DNA from: Catajapyx aquilonaris
Taxonomy: Eukaryota
DNA: 20,000 nucleotides
Assembly: GCA_000934665.2 (NCBI GenBank)
Contig: KZ538518.1
Location: 44,452 to 64,451 of the forward strand
Direction of reading: 5' to 3'
The notes beneath the pieces are model-generated. The model had not been told where the DNA came from. It searched no databases and saw only the letters and a program-made list of their open reading frames with translations. Shown piece by piece: positions 1 to 9,701 of the stretch (position 1 is its first letter; every line of letters begins with the position of its first letter). The position numbers were made by a program, and so were the translations under genes.

Positions 1-1277
1 CGCATGTTGCGACGTAGACTAGTCGGGACTGGCAGTCGGGATGGGAAGGATGAGCCAGTGGTATTCTGTTGGGGAGGAACAAGTGACCCTTGTGGGTTAA
101 CTCCCCTTAGTTCCTGTGGACTAGGGAGCTCGTCTGGAATGCAATAAACTGGCTGCATGGCGTCTCGGAATGGAGAGACTGTGCCAGCCCAAGAATTCCC
201 CCACAGAGCTGGATATGCTTTACGTGTCGGTTCCGTGAAGAAGATAAAAAAAGAGAGATGGTTGGGGGAGGGGATAATTGCATCAGGTATTTTTTGTGGG
301 CCTATGCATTGTGGCAAAAACGTGGGAATTCTGGGTTGGAGTTAGAAAAGCTGCAGTCCAATTAGGCTGGAAGAAGGGCAGGTGCATGGCCTCATTTGTA
401 TGGCCTTTGATCACTCATTGAATAAATTAATATTAAGCTGGTCGTGCATGCAACTAATGCTTGCATGCACCAATAATTTTGACAGCCTGCTAGCACTAAC
501 TGGCTAGTTAGTGGTAAGGATAGCAATAGAAATTATTATGGTCACTAACTGGGCAGTTACAGTGGGTTGTGTGACAATGCACAACAAGTGTTACTGTTTA
601 GAATTGTATCAACAATAAGTGAACAACTTCTTCTGGATTTACCATTGATAATGCAACCCACCCTTAGGCTAGGTTGCACCGTCACAGGATTCGCTCAATA
701 CCAGGGGATACCATTGTTATTCTTTGTAGCCCAACAATTAGTGGTAGGAGGCTGTGACAATTGTTAGTGTATATGTGCATACACCTACCTTTTGGGATGG
801 TAGGAAATTATGGTGGTGGTAGCTTTGGATTGTTGGCTTGTGATGGAGCACGTCTGGAAAACTCGTGGCAGTCAATCCTCCCAAGTATAACTTATTCCAA
901 TGAGCTGTCAAGTTGGCATTGACAGCTTTAAATAGAGGGGAGGGAGGGCAGGGGGAGGGACTCGTTTGTCCAAATTGATTCATGGCAAGGACTGTGGGAA
1001 GGATGCAGTGGAGACCAGCTTGGATAGGAACATCCCCTTCCCTCCCCCCACCCCGCCTCTTAATTGACCTGGCAGACATAAAGGGGTTTTTATTGGTGCC
1101 ACAACAACCAGGCAGTTGCAGTCTGCTGCAGAGTCACAGCAAGGGATAGCCATGGGTTTGGGGCTCAGCCGAATTCCTGGTCCACTTAGAAAGTGGAAGA
1201 ACTGGTATATTTATAACTGACATGTTCTCACCTAGATGTGGTTAATAAGTCCATATGGTTTTTTGCAAACCTTGCAG

Positions 1278-1430
1278 GCTAAGCCAGAGGCCACAGAGGA
1301 GCAGAAGGTGGCTACCCCAGAAGAGCCCAAGGCGGAAGCTGCCGAGGCCCAGTCCTCTGCCACTACTCCAGCTGCCGAAGAAGCTAAGCCGGCTGAGGCA
1401 GCAGCCGCCGCCGCTGAGAAACCTGCAGAG
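1278..1430 (+). CDS. Internal coding exon (51 aa, AKPEATEEQKVATPEEPKAE...AEKPAE) of an Ala/Pro/Glu/Lys-rich disordered protein
   Basis: Acceptor ttttttgcaaaccttgcAG ends at 1277; donor GAG|GTTAGT at 1431. 153 nt, phase 0-0. GC-rich GCN/GAR/CCN codon block within AT-rich intron. Confidence 0.9.
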
Positions 1431-2004
1431 GTTAGTAGTAGCACAGAGCAGTAATTGCATGCATTATTGACCTGCCATAGGGAAATAGCGCCCCGACTTC
1501 TCCCCAGCTGCTATGTTTGCGCAACTAATATCCAATGGGGAGTTAATTCAACACAAGGTATGGGATAAAGTTTGGGTAATGGCACTACAGCTTTCCAAAT
1601 GGGTGATTGCATGTTAATTACATGAGAATTACATGACATGGTCAGTGCGAGTGGCTGGGATTACAATAGCCCATTTGGTTAGTGCACCATATTTTCAGTA
1701 AGGTGCACATGGCCTCGAATGTAAGGCTTTTGGAAGCATATCTTGTAATGCACAACTTCTTTTTTTGTCCAATTTGAAAGAACAAAAGTACAGTACAGTT
1801 TTTTACATATGGCATTTGTGGTTGGTGAATGCTTCGAGACTTGGGTTGATAATTTTTTCATTCAGTTTATTAGTCGGAGCTATTAGGATAGTTGCACTAT
1901 TTTCTCCCAGGACTGATGAATTTTCTGCATTCATTTTGATAGGATATAGGGATAACCAGATGCCCACTTAGGAACTTTTAACACTTAATTTATGAATTTT
2001 TTGA

Positions 2005-2088
2005 ATATCGTCGCTGATCATGCAAAACCTCGTATCTTCCATTGGTTTTTGCAGGAGATACGAGGTTTTGCATGATAACCGACGATAT
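2005..2088. mobile_element. 84-bp palindrome / mini-MITE
   Basis: 33-bp arms atatcgtcgctgatcatgcaaaacctcgtatct vs reverse complement of agatacgaggttttgcatgataaccgacgatat (2 mismatches). TA near both ends. Confidence 0.7.
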
Positions 2089-2132
2089 GTAAAATACTGT
2101 ATTTTTGAGGTTTCTGGTTCAAAGAGGCAGTA

Positions 2133-2291
2133 CAGTGTTAGACATAAATCGAGGCATACTTCCAGCGACATTTTCTGAAGCGGCTGAAGGAATCTTGCTC
2201 GCCCGGCTTGCAGTATCTTGATCTTCGATGCCTTCTTCTGCCGCTTCGGAAAATGTCGCTAGCAATATGCCTCGATTTATGCCCAACACTG
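2133..2291. mobile_element. ~160-bp palindromic MITE, TA target duplication (Tc1/mariner-type)
   Basis: TA|cagtgttagacataaatcgaggcata... and ...tatgcctcgatttatgcccaacactg|TA. ~55-bp imperfect terminal inverted repeats. Confidence 0.8.
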
Positions 2292-2390
2292 TACATTAAC
2301 ACATTTAATATGAAACATTTAAGATATACAGTCCATTACATTTGGGGAGTTCAAATGGAAATGGTTTCCTAATAACATTTTACTGCCTAG

Positions 2391-2540
2391 GCTGCGCCAG
2401 AAGTTAAGCCGGAGTCAACACCAGCTGCAGAAGCCCCAGCAGCAGCCGCAGCCCCCGTTGCTGCCCCTGAGCCAGTCCCAGAGGCCAAGACTGAAGAAGC
2501 AGCCAAAGAGGAGCCACAGGTTGTACAAGCTGCCCTGGAG
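2391..2540 (+). CDS. Internal coding exon (50 aa, AAPEVKPESTPAAEAPAAAAAPVAAPEPVPEAKTEEAAKEEPQVVQAALE)
   Basis: Acceptor ttttactgcctAG ends at 2390; consensus donor GAG|GTGAGT at 2541. 150 nt, phase 0-0, same composition as neighbouring exons. Missed by the ORF track. Confidence 0.92.
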
Positions 2541-3614
2541 GTGAGTCAGCCAGTGCTTTTCAAGTCTTGGGTTATATGAAAACATTGTAAAAGGGGAATA
2601 GCAGAGTTATTTTTTGTTTAAAATTTATTTCATCAGGGTTTTTACTTGGCAGGACTTTTGTAAAAAAATTTTTTACTTCTGCACAAACCACCACACAATT
2701 TGTGTTTTTTTGTGTCATTACTTGTGTGCTTAACCATTGTGATCAAATGACTTCTCACTTTTTGTGTTCCTCAAAACCATTTTTAACTTCCATTCCATGT
2801 GCAGTTTACCATTATGTTCTAATAGACTAGACCATGCATGGGACTGTTCAGTAGGGACCTGACCTTCAATAGGTTTACTTCTGTACGTCACAACTAGTGT
2901 GCAAGTCAAATCATTACGAGTTGTCGAGTTGAAAAGCAATTTGCTCCCCCACTACTGCATGCAATGAATCCGTTGTGCAGAGCATGGCTTCACTTTGCAT
3001 TGGTTTTTTTTTTGGGTGTTGTTTGAGAGCACAACAACAGAATGGGTGGAAAAATGAATGCATATATTGGCAAGTTGGTCAGTGACTAATGTTGTGGACG
3101 CTGCCAAGAGGACGCGACAAGACATGCCCTCACGATGCGAAACATGCTCCCTCTCCTCCTGATTTATTTATACATCCTGCCTCTTTCGCTCACTCTTCTC
3201 CATGTGCCTAGCTTTTTTTTGTTTAATACTCTTCCATCATTTCACTGTTCTTGATGCATGTTCTACTTGTGTGCCTTCCAAAGCTAATTTTCCAACTTTA
3301 ACAAGATTCTGTTGCACGTTTTTTTGTGTTTTGTGTAAAACAAAAGACACAGCACTCCAATGCTAAGTAACATCTCTGTTAATTCAATGTAGCTTTTAAA
3401 ACATTTATTTTCGAGCCAGAAAGTCATGCAGCATGTAACTCTTGCCATTTGAGTAATTCAAACCCAATTTTTAGTCGCAAATTATTTGAAACTGGCTCAG
3501 TGTCATGAAAGCTAGGCATGAAGAGAGAGCCATATATTTTATTCCCCTCTTTACTGAGAGTAGAGCTTGATCGGTTGGCATCCTCAACCTTTGGCTCTAT
3601 CCTTCCTCCTTCAG

Positions 3615-4439
3615 CCTCCGAAAGAGGCAGCACCACAACCACCACAGACACAGCAGGAGGCCATTGCTGCACCTGCACCCAAGTCCCCCGAAACTCCCGC
3701 TGCACCTGCACCTGCCCCTGCTCTTCCCACCCCAGAAACTCCTGTAGAAACTAAGGTGGCAGATGCCCCTAAGGTTGAAGCAGCGGCTCCTGTAGACACC
3801 AAGGTTGAAGATAAACCTGCAGAACCAAAGGTTGAAGCCCCCAAGGCTGAAGAGAAGCCTGCAGAAACCAAGGTTGAAGAAGTTCCAGCACCAGTTGAGA
3901 GTCCAAAGGCTGAAGCCACACCAGCACCAGCTGAAAGCCCGAAGGTTGAGGCTGCCCCAGCCCCAGTTGAGAGCCCAAAGGTCGAAGCTGCCCCAGCACC
4001 AGCTGAAAGCCCAAAGGTCGAGGCTGCCCCAGCCCCAGTTGAGAGCCCTAAGGTTGAAGCTGCACCAGCACCTGTGGAGAGCCCTAAGGTTGAAGCAGCT
4101 CCAGCACCTGTGGAGAGCCCGAAGGAAGAAGCAATACCAGCACCAGTTGAAAGCCCAAAGGTTGAGGCTGCACCAGCTCCTGTTGAGAGCCCAAAGGTTG
4201 AAGCTGCACCAGCAATTGAACCAGAGTCCCTCCCACCACCACCACCAGTGGAGGCCCCTCTACCAGCACAGGAAGAATTTAAGGAGCCACCTCCAATGGA
4301 TCTCCCCCCTCCTCCCCCTTCCCCACCCACCTCTCCAGCCTCGGGGGCAGAAGAGCAGGCCAAAGCTGCAGAACAGGCGCCCGCTTCTACTTCTCCCCTG
4401 CCACCGGCACCGTCAGAGGTCGCCACTGCCCCAAAAGAG
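3615..4439 (+). CDS. Large internal coding exon (275 aa), PEVK-like, with 12-aa tandem repeats and polyproline motifs
   Basis: Polypyrimidine acceptor ctctatccttcctccttcAG ends at 3614; donor GAG|GTAGAC at 4440 (weaker; read-through would stop at 4481). 825 nt, phase 0-0. Lies in ORF 3567..4481. Confidence 0.9.
3885..4208 (+). repeat. Coding minisatellite: 9 x 36 nt encoding PAP(V/A)ESPK(V/A/E)EA(A/T/I)
   Basis: Nine ESPK units at 36-nt spacing; copies differ mostly at third codon positions. Confidence 0.95.
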
Positions 4440-4745
4440 GTAGACCCAACAACCAACGCCACCAACAATATTTCTATATAAGAATGCAATATCTGGAATG
4501 GCCTTTGCCTGGTTGTGTATGCCTATCCTTACATACTTTTAAAAAAGAGTGGCCCATGTTTTTCTCTGTATACGGATTATTTTCCAGTCATGTACTTTGC
4601 ATGCAGTAGTGTCATGAAACAGGGGAGTTGTACCTCTTATTGAGTATTTTAGATGACGTCACATACTGGACTTGTGACCCTTTAGGTTTTGTGGCTAGGT
4701 TTTTTTTCCTGTTTTTTTCCTGTTTTTTTCCTGTTTTATTGTCAG

Positions 4746-4763
4746 GTTGCCGATTTTAGCGAG
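4746..4763 (+). CDS. Candidate 18-nt microexon (VADFSE)
   Basis: Very strong pyrimidine tract (tttttttcctg x3, then ttttattgtcAG) ends at 4745; donor GAG|GTAGTG at 4764. Phase 0-0, in frame with the flanking exons. Confidence 0.5.
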
Positions 4764-4877
4764 GTAGTGGTTGTAGGGGGCTGTGATGCGGTTGGGGGCT
4801 GCAAAGTTAGGCCTTGTTTTTCTGACCGTAATTGCTGTTTTTCTCCCTGCCCCTCCCCCCTGCAAACAACCACAAAG

Positions 4878-5012
4878 GCTGAAGCTCCTGCTGAGAAAGC
4901 TGAGCCTGAGACCCCAAAGGCCGAAGAGCCGAAGGCCCCTGAGCCAGTGGCACAGCCACCCGAGGCCACCAAGATTGAGGACAGCGCCCCTTCCCAGGAG
5001 CCAGCCCAGCCG
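4878..5012 (+). CDS. Internal coding exon (45 aa, AEAPAEKAEPETPKAEEPKAPEPVAQPPEATKIEDSAPSQEPAQP)
   Basis: First AG after a long AG-free pyrimidine tract ends at 4877; donor CCG|GTAATA at 5013. 135 nt, phase 0-0. Confidence 0.88.
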
Positions 5013-5757
5013 GTAATAAGCTTACCTTCAGTGCTAGTTTTGTATTTATATATAGGAACATGTGACAAATCTTGGGCAGTGACGCATCGTGTGGTCATTT
5101 TCACAGCATTTCCAGATTTATCCAATTGAATGAGTTGTTGTTCTGTTGAACTGTTTATAGTGGGAATATTCTTAAGTTCATTACAAATGGTTGATTACAA
5201 TAACTGTGGCATAAATTTTCAAGAATGCTATTTTAATCCTTCATAGACAGTCCTAGCAAGTGAATAGGAAACTGCCATTGTGACGCAATTTCAAAAAAGG
5301 AAGGAAATGCGTAATCTGCATAGCATCCTGGATTGTTGAAAGGCCTAATAAGAGATGAAAGGTTGTACATGTACTGAATATGTGGATGCTGGGGTGAAGT
5401 TCTGGGACCTTGGATTATCCTTGACCTCTTGGAGCATCTCCCAAGCAATTTAAAGTCTGCTGCCTTGAGCTTTTTTGGCTCTGCAACCTAAATATTTCAG
5501 TCATTGCCAAGAGGGAATTAAGGTCAGTCAGGTTGACACTGGCACCATTCAGCCTTCCATGGCAGGGCAAGTTACTCGGACTGAGTCAGTGATCATCTCA
5601 TATATCATTGATGCAATGTGCAATTAATTTACCAGGCAAAAAAAGTGACCAAAGAAAGGCAGGGTGTTCAATTACACCATATAATTGTAGATGTGTGGCA
5701 TGTGTTTTAAAATTGAACTTGCATCCATTGGTAAAATTTTTATGGGTCCTTATTTTA

Positions 5758-5897
5758 TGTTATTTTTTTACGATACCCCATGAGGGGCCAGAGACCCACT
5801 GACGCAGGCGAAAGGGAAATCCAGGGCGGGGATCGAACCCGGGACCTTCCACACTGCGAGCTGAAACGTTGCCATCTCGGCCATCACGCCTTCCCCA
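5758..5897 (-). mobile_element. Short (~140 bp) tRNA-derived SINE with A-rich tail and 17-bp TSD
   Basis: Minus strand has A-box TGGCCGAGATGG (5872-5883), B-box GGTTCGATCCC (5829-5839) and an A-rich tail. Exact direct repeat tatgggtccttatttta at 5741-5757 and 5898-5914. Confidence 0.9.
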
Positions 5898-5995
5898 TAT
5901 GGGTCCTTATTTTAATTTGTTCCTGTTGCCTCACCTTGTAGTGTGGCAGTGAGTTACATATGCCATTGTAAAGAGGGTGACGTGGTTTGACTATA

Positions 5996-6682
5996 CAGGT
6001 AGTCCCCGGTTTGCGAACGACCCGACATAAGGCGATCTGTACTTACAACGGTCCCCCAAGGCTCCCCAGAAAGATAATTTATAAATATCCCTCCACTTTC
6101 AATCATTACTGCATACGTTGGCCGACACCAAGTTCAACATAAATACAGGAAGTCCCCGGTCTATGAATGGGGTTACGTTACTGATAATGTCCATAAGTCT
6201 GATTTGTACGTAACTCGAATCCCCGAGGAACAGCACATATATGCAGCATAAAGGTGCTGCTTCAACGAACCGCTTACGTCGTCTGTGTGTGTTCACAGGC
6301 GTGAAAGAATGTAGTTTCCCAATTATTTATTAATTATGAACTTTGTGTCAGTCAACATACCCAGAAGTGTCTTTAAAGTGGAGGAATAATTATAAATCAT
6401 CCTTATGGAGAGCTTGGGAGACAGTTTGTAAGTACAGATTGGCGTAAGTCGGGTTGTTCGTAAACCAGGGACTTCCTGTAGTGTATCATTAATAAACTAT
6501 TGGGAAACTACGTTCTTCCACGCATGTAAACAAACACACAGTAAGCAGTTCGTAAGCAGTTCTTTGGAGCAGCATGTTTACTCTGCATATATGCACTGTT
6601 CCTCAGGGATCAGAGTTGCGTACAAATCCGACTTATGGACATTTTAAGGAACATAACCTCGTTCATAGACCGGGACTACCTG
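5996..6682 (+). mobile_element. Tc1/mariner (Tigger/pogo-like) MITE, ~350 bp, interrupted by an inverted copy of the same family
   Basis: TA|caggtagtccccgg ... ccgggactacctg|TA. Parts 5996-6145 and 6481-6682 join into a sequence colinear with the reverse complement of the nested copy. Confidence 0.85.
6146..6478 (-). mobile_element. Nested 333-bp copy of the same Tigger-like MITE, opposite orientation
   Basis: TA|caggaagtccccgg ... ccagggacttcctg|TA. Its left ~200 bp are inverted repeats of 6483-6682, and its right ~75 bp are inverted repeats of 5996-6068. Confidence 0.85.
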
Positions 6683-7197
6683 TAGTACGTTTATATAATC
6701 CAAGCCAGACTTAAAGGTGAGTTCACAGGAGTCACCAGTGTCTCAAATTTTCATTGATATGTATGGACTTCAATTCTAAAACACATGGTACATCTTGTTA
6801 AGAGGCATTTGCTTGGTAATATTCTACTGAAAGAAAGGCTGCTATAACACCTAAAGGGGGTTTATTATGAAGATTACAATTTTTGTGGCAAGATTAGTCA
6901 TGTAAAAATTATTGCTTGCCATATTGTCACAAGCTTTGCATATCATTATACCTCTTACTAACGAATTTGTGCCCCTCTCGGGGTTGGTCATGTCAAGAGA
7001 AGGAACCAAGTGCGGCAAAATACTTGACTGTTGGTCCACTCTGACATTTGATTCACTGGTACCAGGGGACCAAAATTCGATCAATGTTTTAAAAATGCTA
7101 CGCTAACATTATTTTGTCATTGTGTCAGCCATGTACCATAGAATGGAGTCAGTCACCCGCCTGAGTGAACTTTGCCATAATTCCACAAATGTCATGA

Positions 7198-7242
<45 letters not shown>
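7198..7242. repeat. (ATT)15 microsatellite, the SINE tail
   Basis: Seen directly. Confidence 0.95.
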
Positions 7243-7244
<2 letters not shown>

Positions 7245-7568
7245 GTTACCCATTGGAGAGAAAGGAGCTCTTTTAGGCGGGGGGTGAACTACCGTAAAGT
7301 CCACTTTCTTATTTTTCTTCAGCACCGGTGCAAGGATGAAAGGACATGGGGTAGGGATGGGGATTTTTGGGGAGGGGAAATGGGTGCAGGTGAAATGTCT
7401 GTAAACTGGTCTCGTGCTGTTCCTCAGGAGGTTGGGTTGCCCGACACCTCAAAGGTGCGGGTCAGAGACCCTCCTGACGCAGGCGAATGGGAGCTCCCAG
7501 GCGGGGATCGAACCTGGGACCTTTCACTCAGCAAGCTGAGACATTACCATCTCGGCACACCTCCCCCA
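7198..7568 (-). mobile_element. Long (~370 bp) tRNA-derived SINE with (AAT)15 tail
   Basis: Head 7463-7567 is homologous to the 5758-5897 SINE (ctgacgcaggcgaa, ggcggggatcgaacc, ccatctcggc). Tail is (ATT)15 at 7198-7242. TSD-like gtcatga(a/g)tta at 7191 and 7569. Confidence 0.8.
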
Positions 7569-8222
7569 GTCATGAGTTAATATTTAAGATAACCATGCCA
7601 GCACAGGTGATTTTTTTTTTTTCTTGTGCAAACATGCCAAATGCTGCAATAATGGCATTACATGTGGTTGAAAGTCTAAATTTTCATGTTACCATACCTT
7701 AAATATTCATCAGAATCTTTTTGGAATTATGGCCAAGGGGCCTAGGTGACCTGTTTCTGCGGCATTCCTGTTGGTTCTGAATATGATGCTGTGCCATGAA
7801 AGCCTGTATTGACATATTGCTCTCCTGACTATTTCATACCCTGTATTTTGATCTTTTTTGTTTTACCTCGAAAGAAAGCCTCAGTAATGCGTACATATGC
7901 CCATGTCATGACTGTCATCCTTTGGCAGTAAAAGCGTTTAAAGAACTCCCACTGTGAAAAGAGGCATTTCTGAAACTAGCTCCAAGCTCCCTTACTGCTG
8001 AAGCTTGAATCAGCATAAAATGACAATGTAGGTGCATTCTTCCCACACCTGCAGCTTCCGCACCATGTCCACCTCCTGTGCCACGAGGTGCACCATGATT
8101 AGGATTCCCTGCCAAGGCTGGTTCAGCAGCATTTTTCTGCCTTGCTGGCCATCTCCCCAACATAAGGGTATCACCATCTTTCTTAGCATTCCATGGTCCT
8201 TCCACTTCCCTGAAGGGCGATA

Positions 8223-8426
8223 TCTACTGCTCAATATCAAGGGGTTTCAACCCGTTCCAACCCCTTGGATCAACCCCTAGAGCGGGCTTGAACCAAGTAG
8301 AGCATGGCCCTACTTGGTTCAACCCATTGAATTCAAGGGGTCGAACCGAGGAGGGCCGGGCTCTACTTGGTTCAAGCCCGCTCAAGGGGTTGAACGGTTT
8401 GAAACCCCTTGATATTGAGCAGTGGA
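8223..8426. mobile_element. ~204-bp almost fully palindromic MITE, TA TSD
   Basis: TA|tctactgctcaatatcaaggggtttcaa ... ttgaaaccccttgatattgagcagtgga|TA. Inner arms gagcgggcttgaaccaagtagagc / gctctacttggttcaagcccgctc; centre ttgaattcaa. Confidence 0.85.
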
Positions 8427-8439
8427 TACCACCCTTTAG

Positions 8440-8460
8440 CTCTCTCTCTCTCTCTCTCTC
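8440..8460. repeat. (CT)10 microsatellite
   Basis: Seen directly, followed by a pyrimidine-rich tract. Confidence 0.9.
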
Positions 8461-8750
8461 CCTCCCCCTGTCACTGTCCCTCTCTCCCTCTTCTCTCAAC
8501 CTGCCATCCCTCATGGCCTTCCTCCTACCCGTCATGCTGCACAACTCCATGAGCAAGGCGTCTAGTCGTCTGTTCAGTCAGTTTTCCTTAGCTGAGCCAT
8601 TCGTTCCAACTGGCTTACTGTAGCTGGCTCTGGGCAAGCGTTTCAGATACAAGTACTAAAACAAGCCTTCCTCAGATATCCAGCCTACTGGAGGCCAAGT
8701 TTTAGTCCCATGTATTGGTTTGCTATTTTGTATGAGGACTCGTACATGTA

Positions 8751-8848
8751 CTATATCGCCCAAAAAGATAGACGATTTTGCATTTGACTCAAGTGCAACT
8801 TGCACTTGAATCAAATGCCAATCGTCTCTATCTTTTTGAGCGATATAG
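8751..8848. mobile_element. 98-bp nearly loopless palindrome / mini-MITE in GTAC context
   Basis: gTA|ctatatcgcccaaaaagatagacgatt...tcaagtgcaa-c-ttgcacttga...tatctttttgagcgatatag|TAc. Confidence 0.8.
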
Positions 8849-9622
8849 TACCTCTACACTGACTCAGATGGAGTGGAAGATGGTGTTATCACATCTGTAG
8901 GGTTCATAGGGTCACATTTCCAATCATCATCACCATCACGACATTTCCATATAAGGGGTAGCCAGCGATGACAGGAGCCACAAGCTAACCCAAAATATGA
9001 ACTAAATTAAAACTTGTAAAAATAAACCTATAAACAACCCGTCCCGCCCCCCACCCCTGCCCATCTCAGACGACAAACACTCAATATTAAATTTAAATAT
9101 TACACTATACAACGTGGTACTTTGCGAAATCAAGTTCCCCCCCCCCCTCCCACCCAACCCCCCTGATATGCATAAACCTGTGGAGAGCCCAAGCCAACCA
9201 CCAATGACAATGGGATGCCATTAATAATGGATCTTTTAAGAGAGTAGAAAATGTGAAGAGTATTTGAAGGGCTTGCTGCAACAATGGGCTAATCCCCATT
9301 TAGTAAAAATTGTTCTATTGGGCGATTCAAGACCTCGTTGATGGGAAAATACATTAATTTCACATTGCTACAGAAACTCCCTCATATTTTGGTACATATT
9401 TGAAGGATTTATTGCAGGTTGAAGTTCATGAATAAGGAATATTTTTCACTTCCACCATCATGACTGTGTTGTGGGTTAGCCTATTGTTAGCAGTAAGCCC
9501 TTCATTTGTGTCAAAGCCAGATGTGGGATTTTGTGAAATGCAGGTGCATCACTGAAGCCATAATCTAGCTGTCTGGCCAGTAACTTAACATCTGGGTAAC
9601 TGCAGTGATCATGTGTCATGTA

Positions 9623-9701
9623 CTATCGGCGCGGAAATGATACGGACACTTGTCAATGTTCAGCTTACTCCCAAGTGTCCGTACCATTTCCGTGCCGACA
9701 G
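9623..9701. mobile_element. 79-bp palindrome / mini-MITE in GTAC context
   Basis: gTA|ctatcggcgcggaaatgatacggacacttg ... caagtgtccgtaccatttccgtgccgacag|TAc. 30-bp arms with 3 mismatches. Confidence 0.8.

Noticed and set aside
1911..1916. Good acceptor (tttctcccAG) followed by GAC TGA as an alternative terminal exon
   Set aside because: No supporting evidence beyond the acceptor-like sequence.
3347..3366. Possible microexon after a U/G-rich tract
   Set aside because: Candidate lengths (20 or 14 nt) break the frame used by all other exons.
3611..4489. 292-aa minus-strand ORF (GAGAASTFGLST repeats), and similar antisense ORFs at 1232-1444 and 4742-5125
   Set aside because: Shadows of the plus-strand exons: codon bias leaves the antisense frame stop-free, and the splice signals support only the plus strand.
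5815..5897. tRNA gene
   Set aside because: A and B boxes are present but there is no proper acceptor stem. The A-rich tail, 17-bp TSD and second diverged copy indicate a SINE.
6711..7180. Possible eroded TTAA-flanked (Kolobok-like) element
   Set aside because: Only short patchy inverted matches (agttcac/gtgaact, atggtaca/tgtaccat) and no matching right TTAA.
7122..7580. 152-aa ORF with poly-Tyr
   Set aside because: It reads through the (ATT)n tail and antisense body of a SINE.
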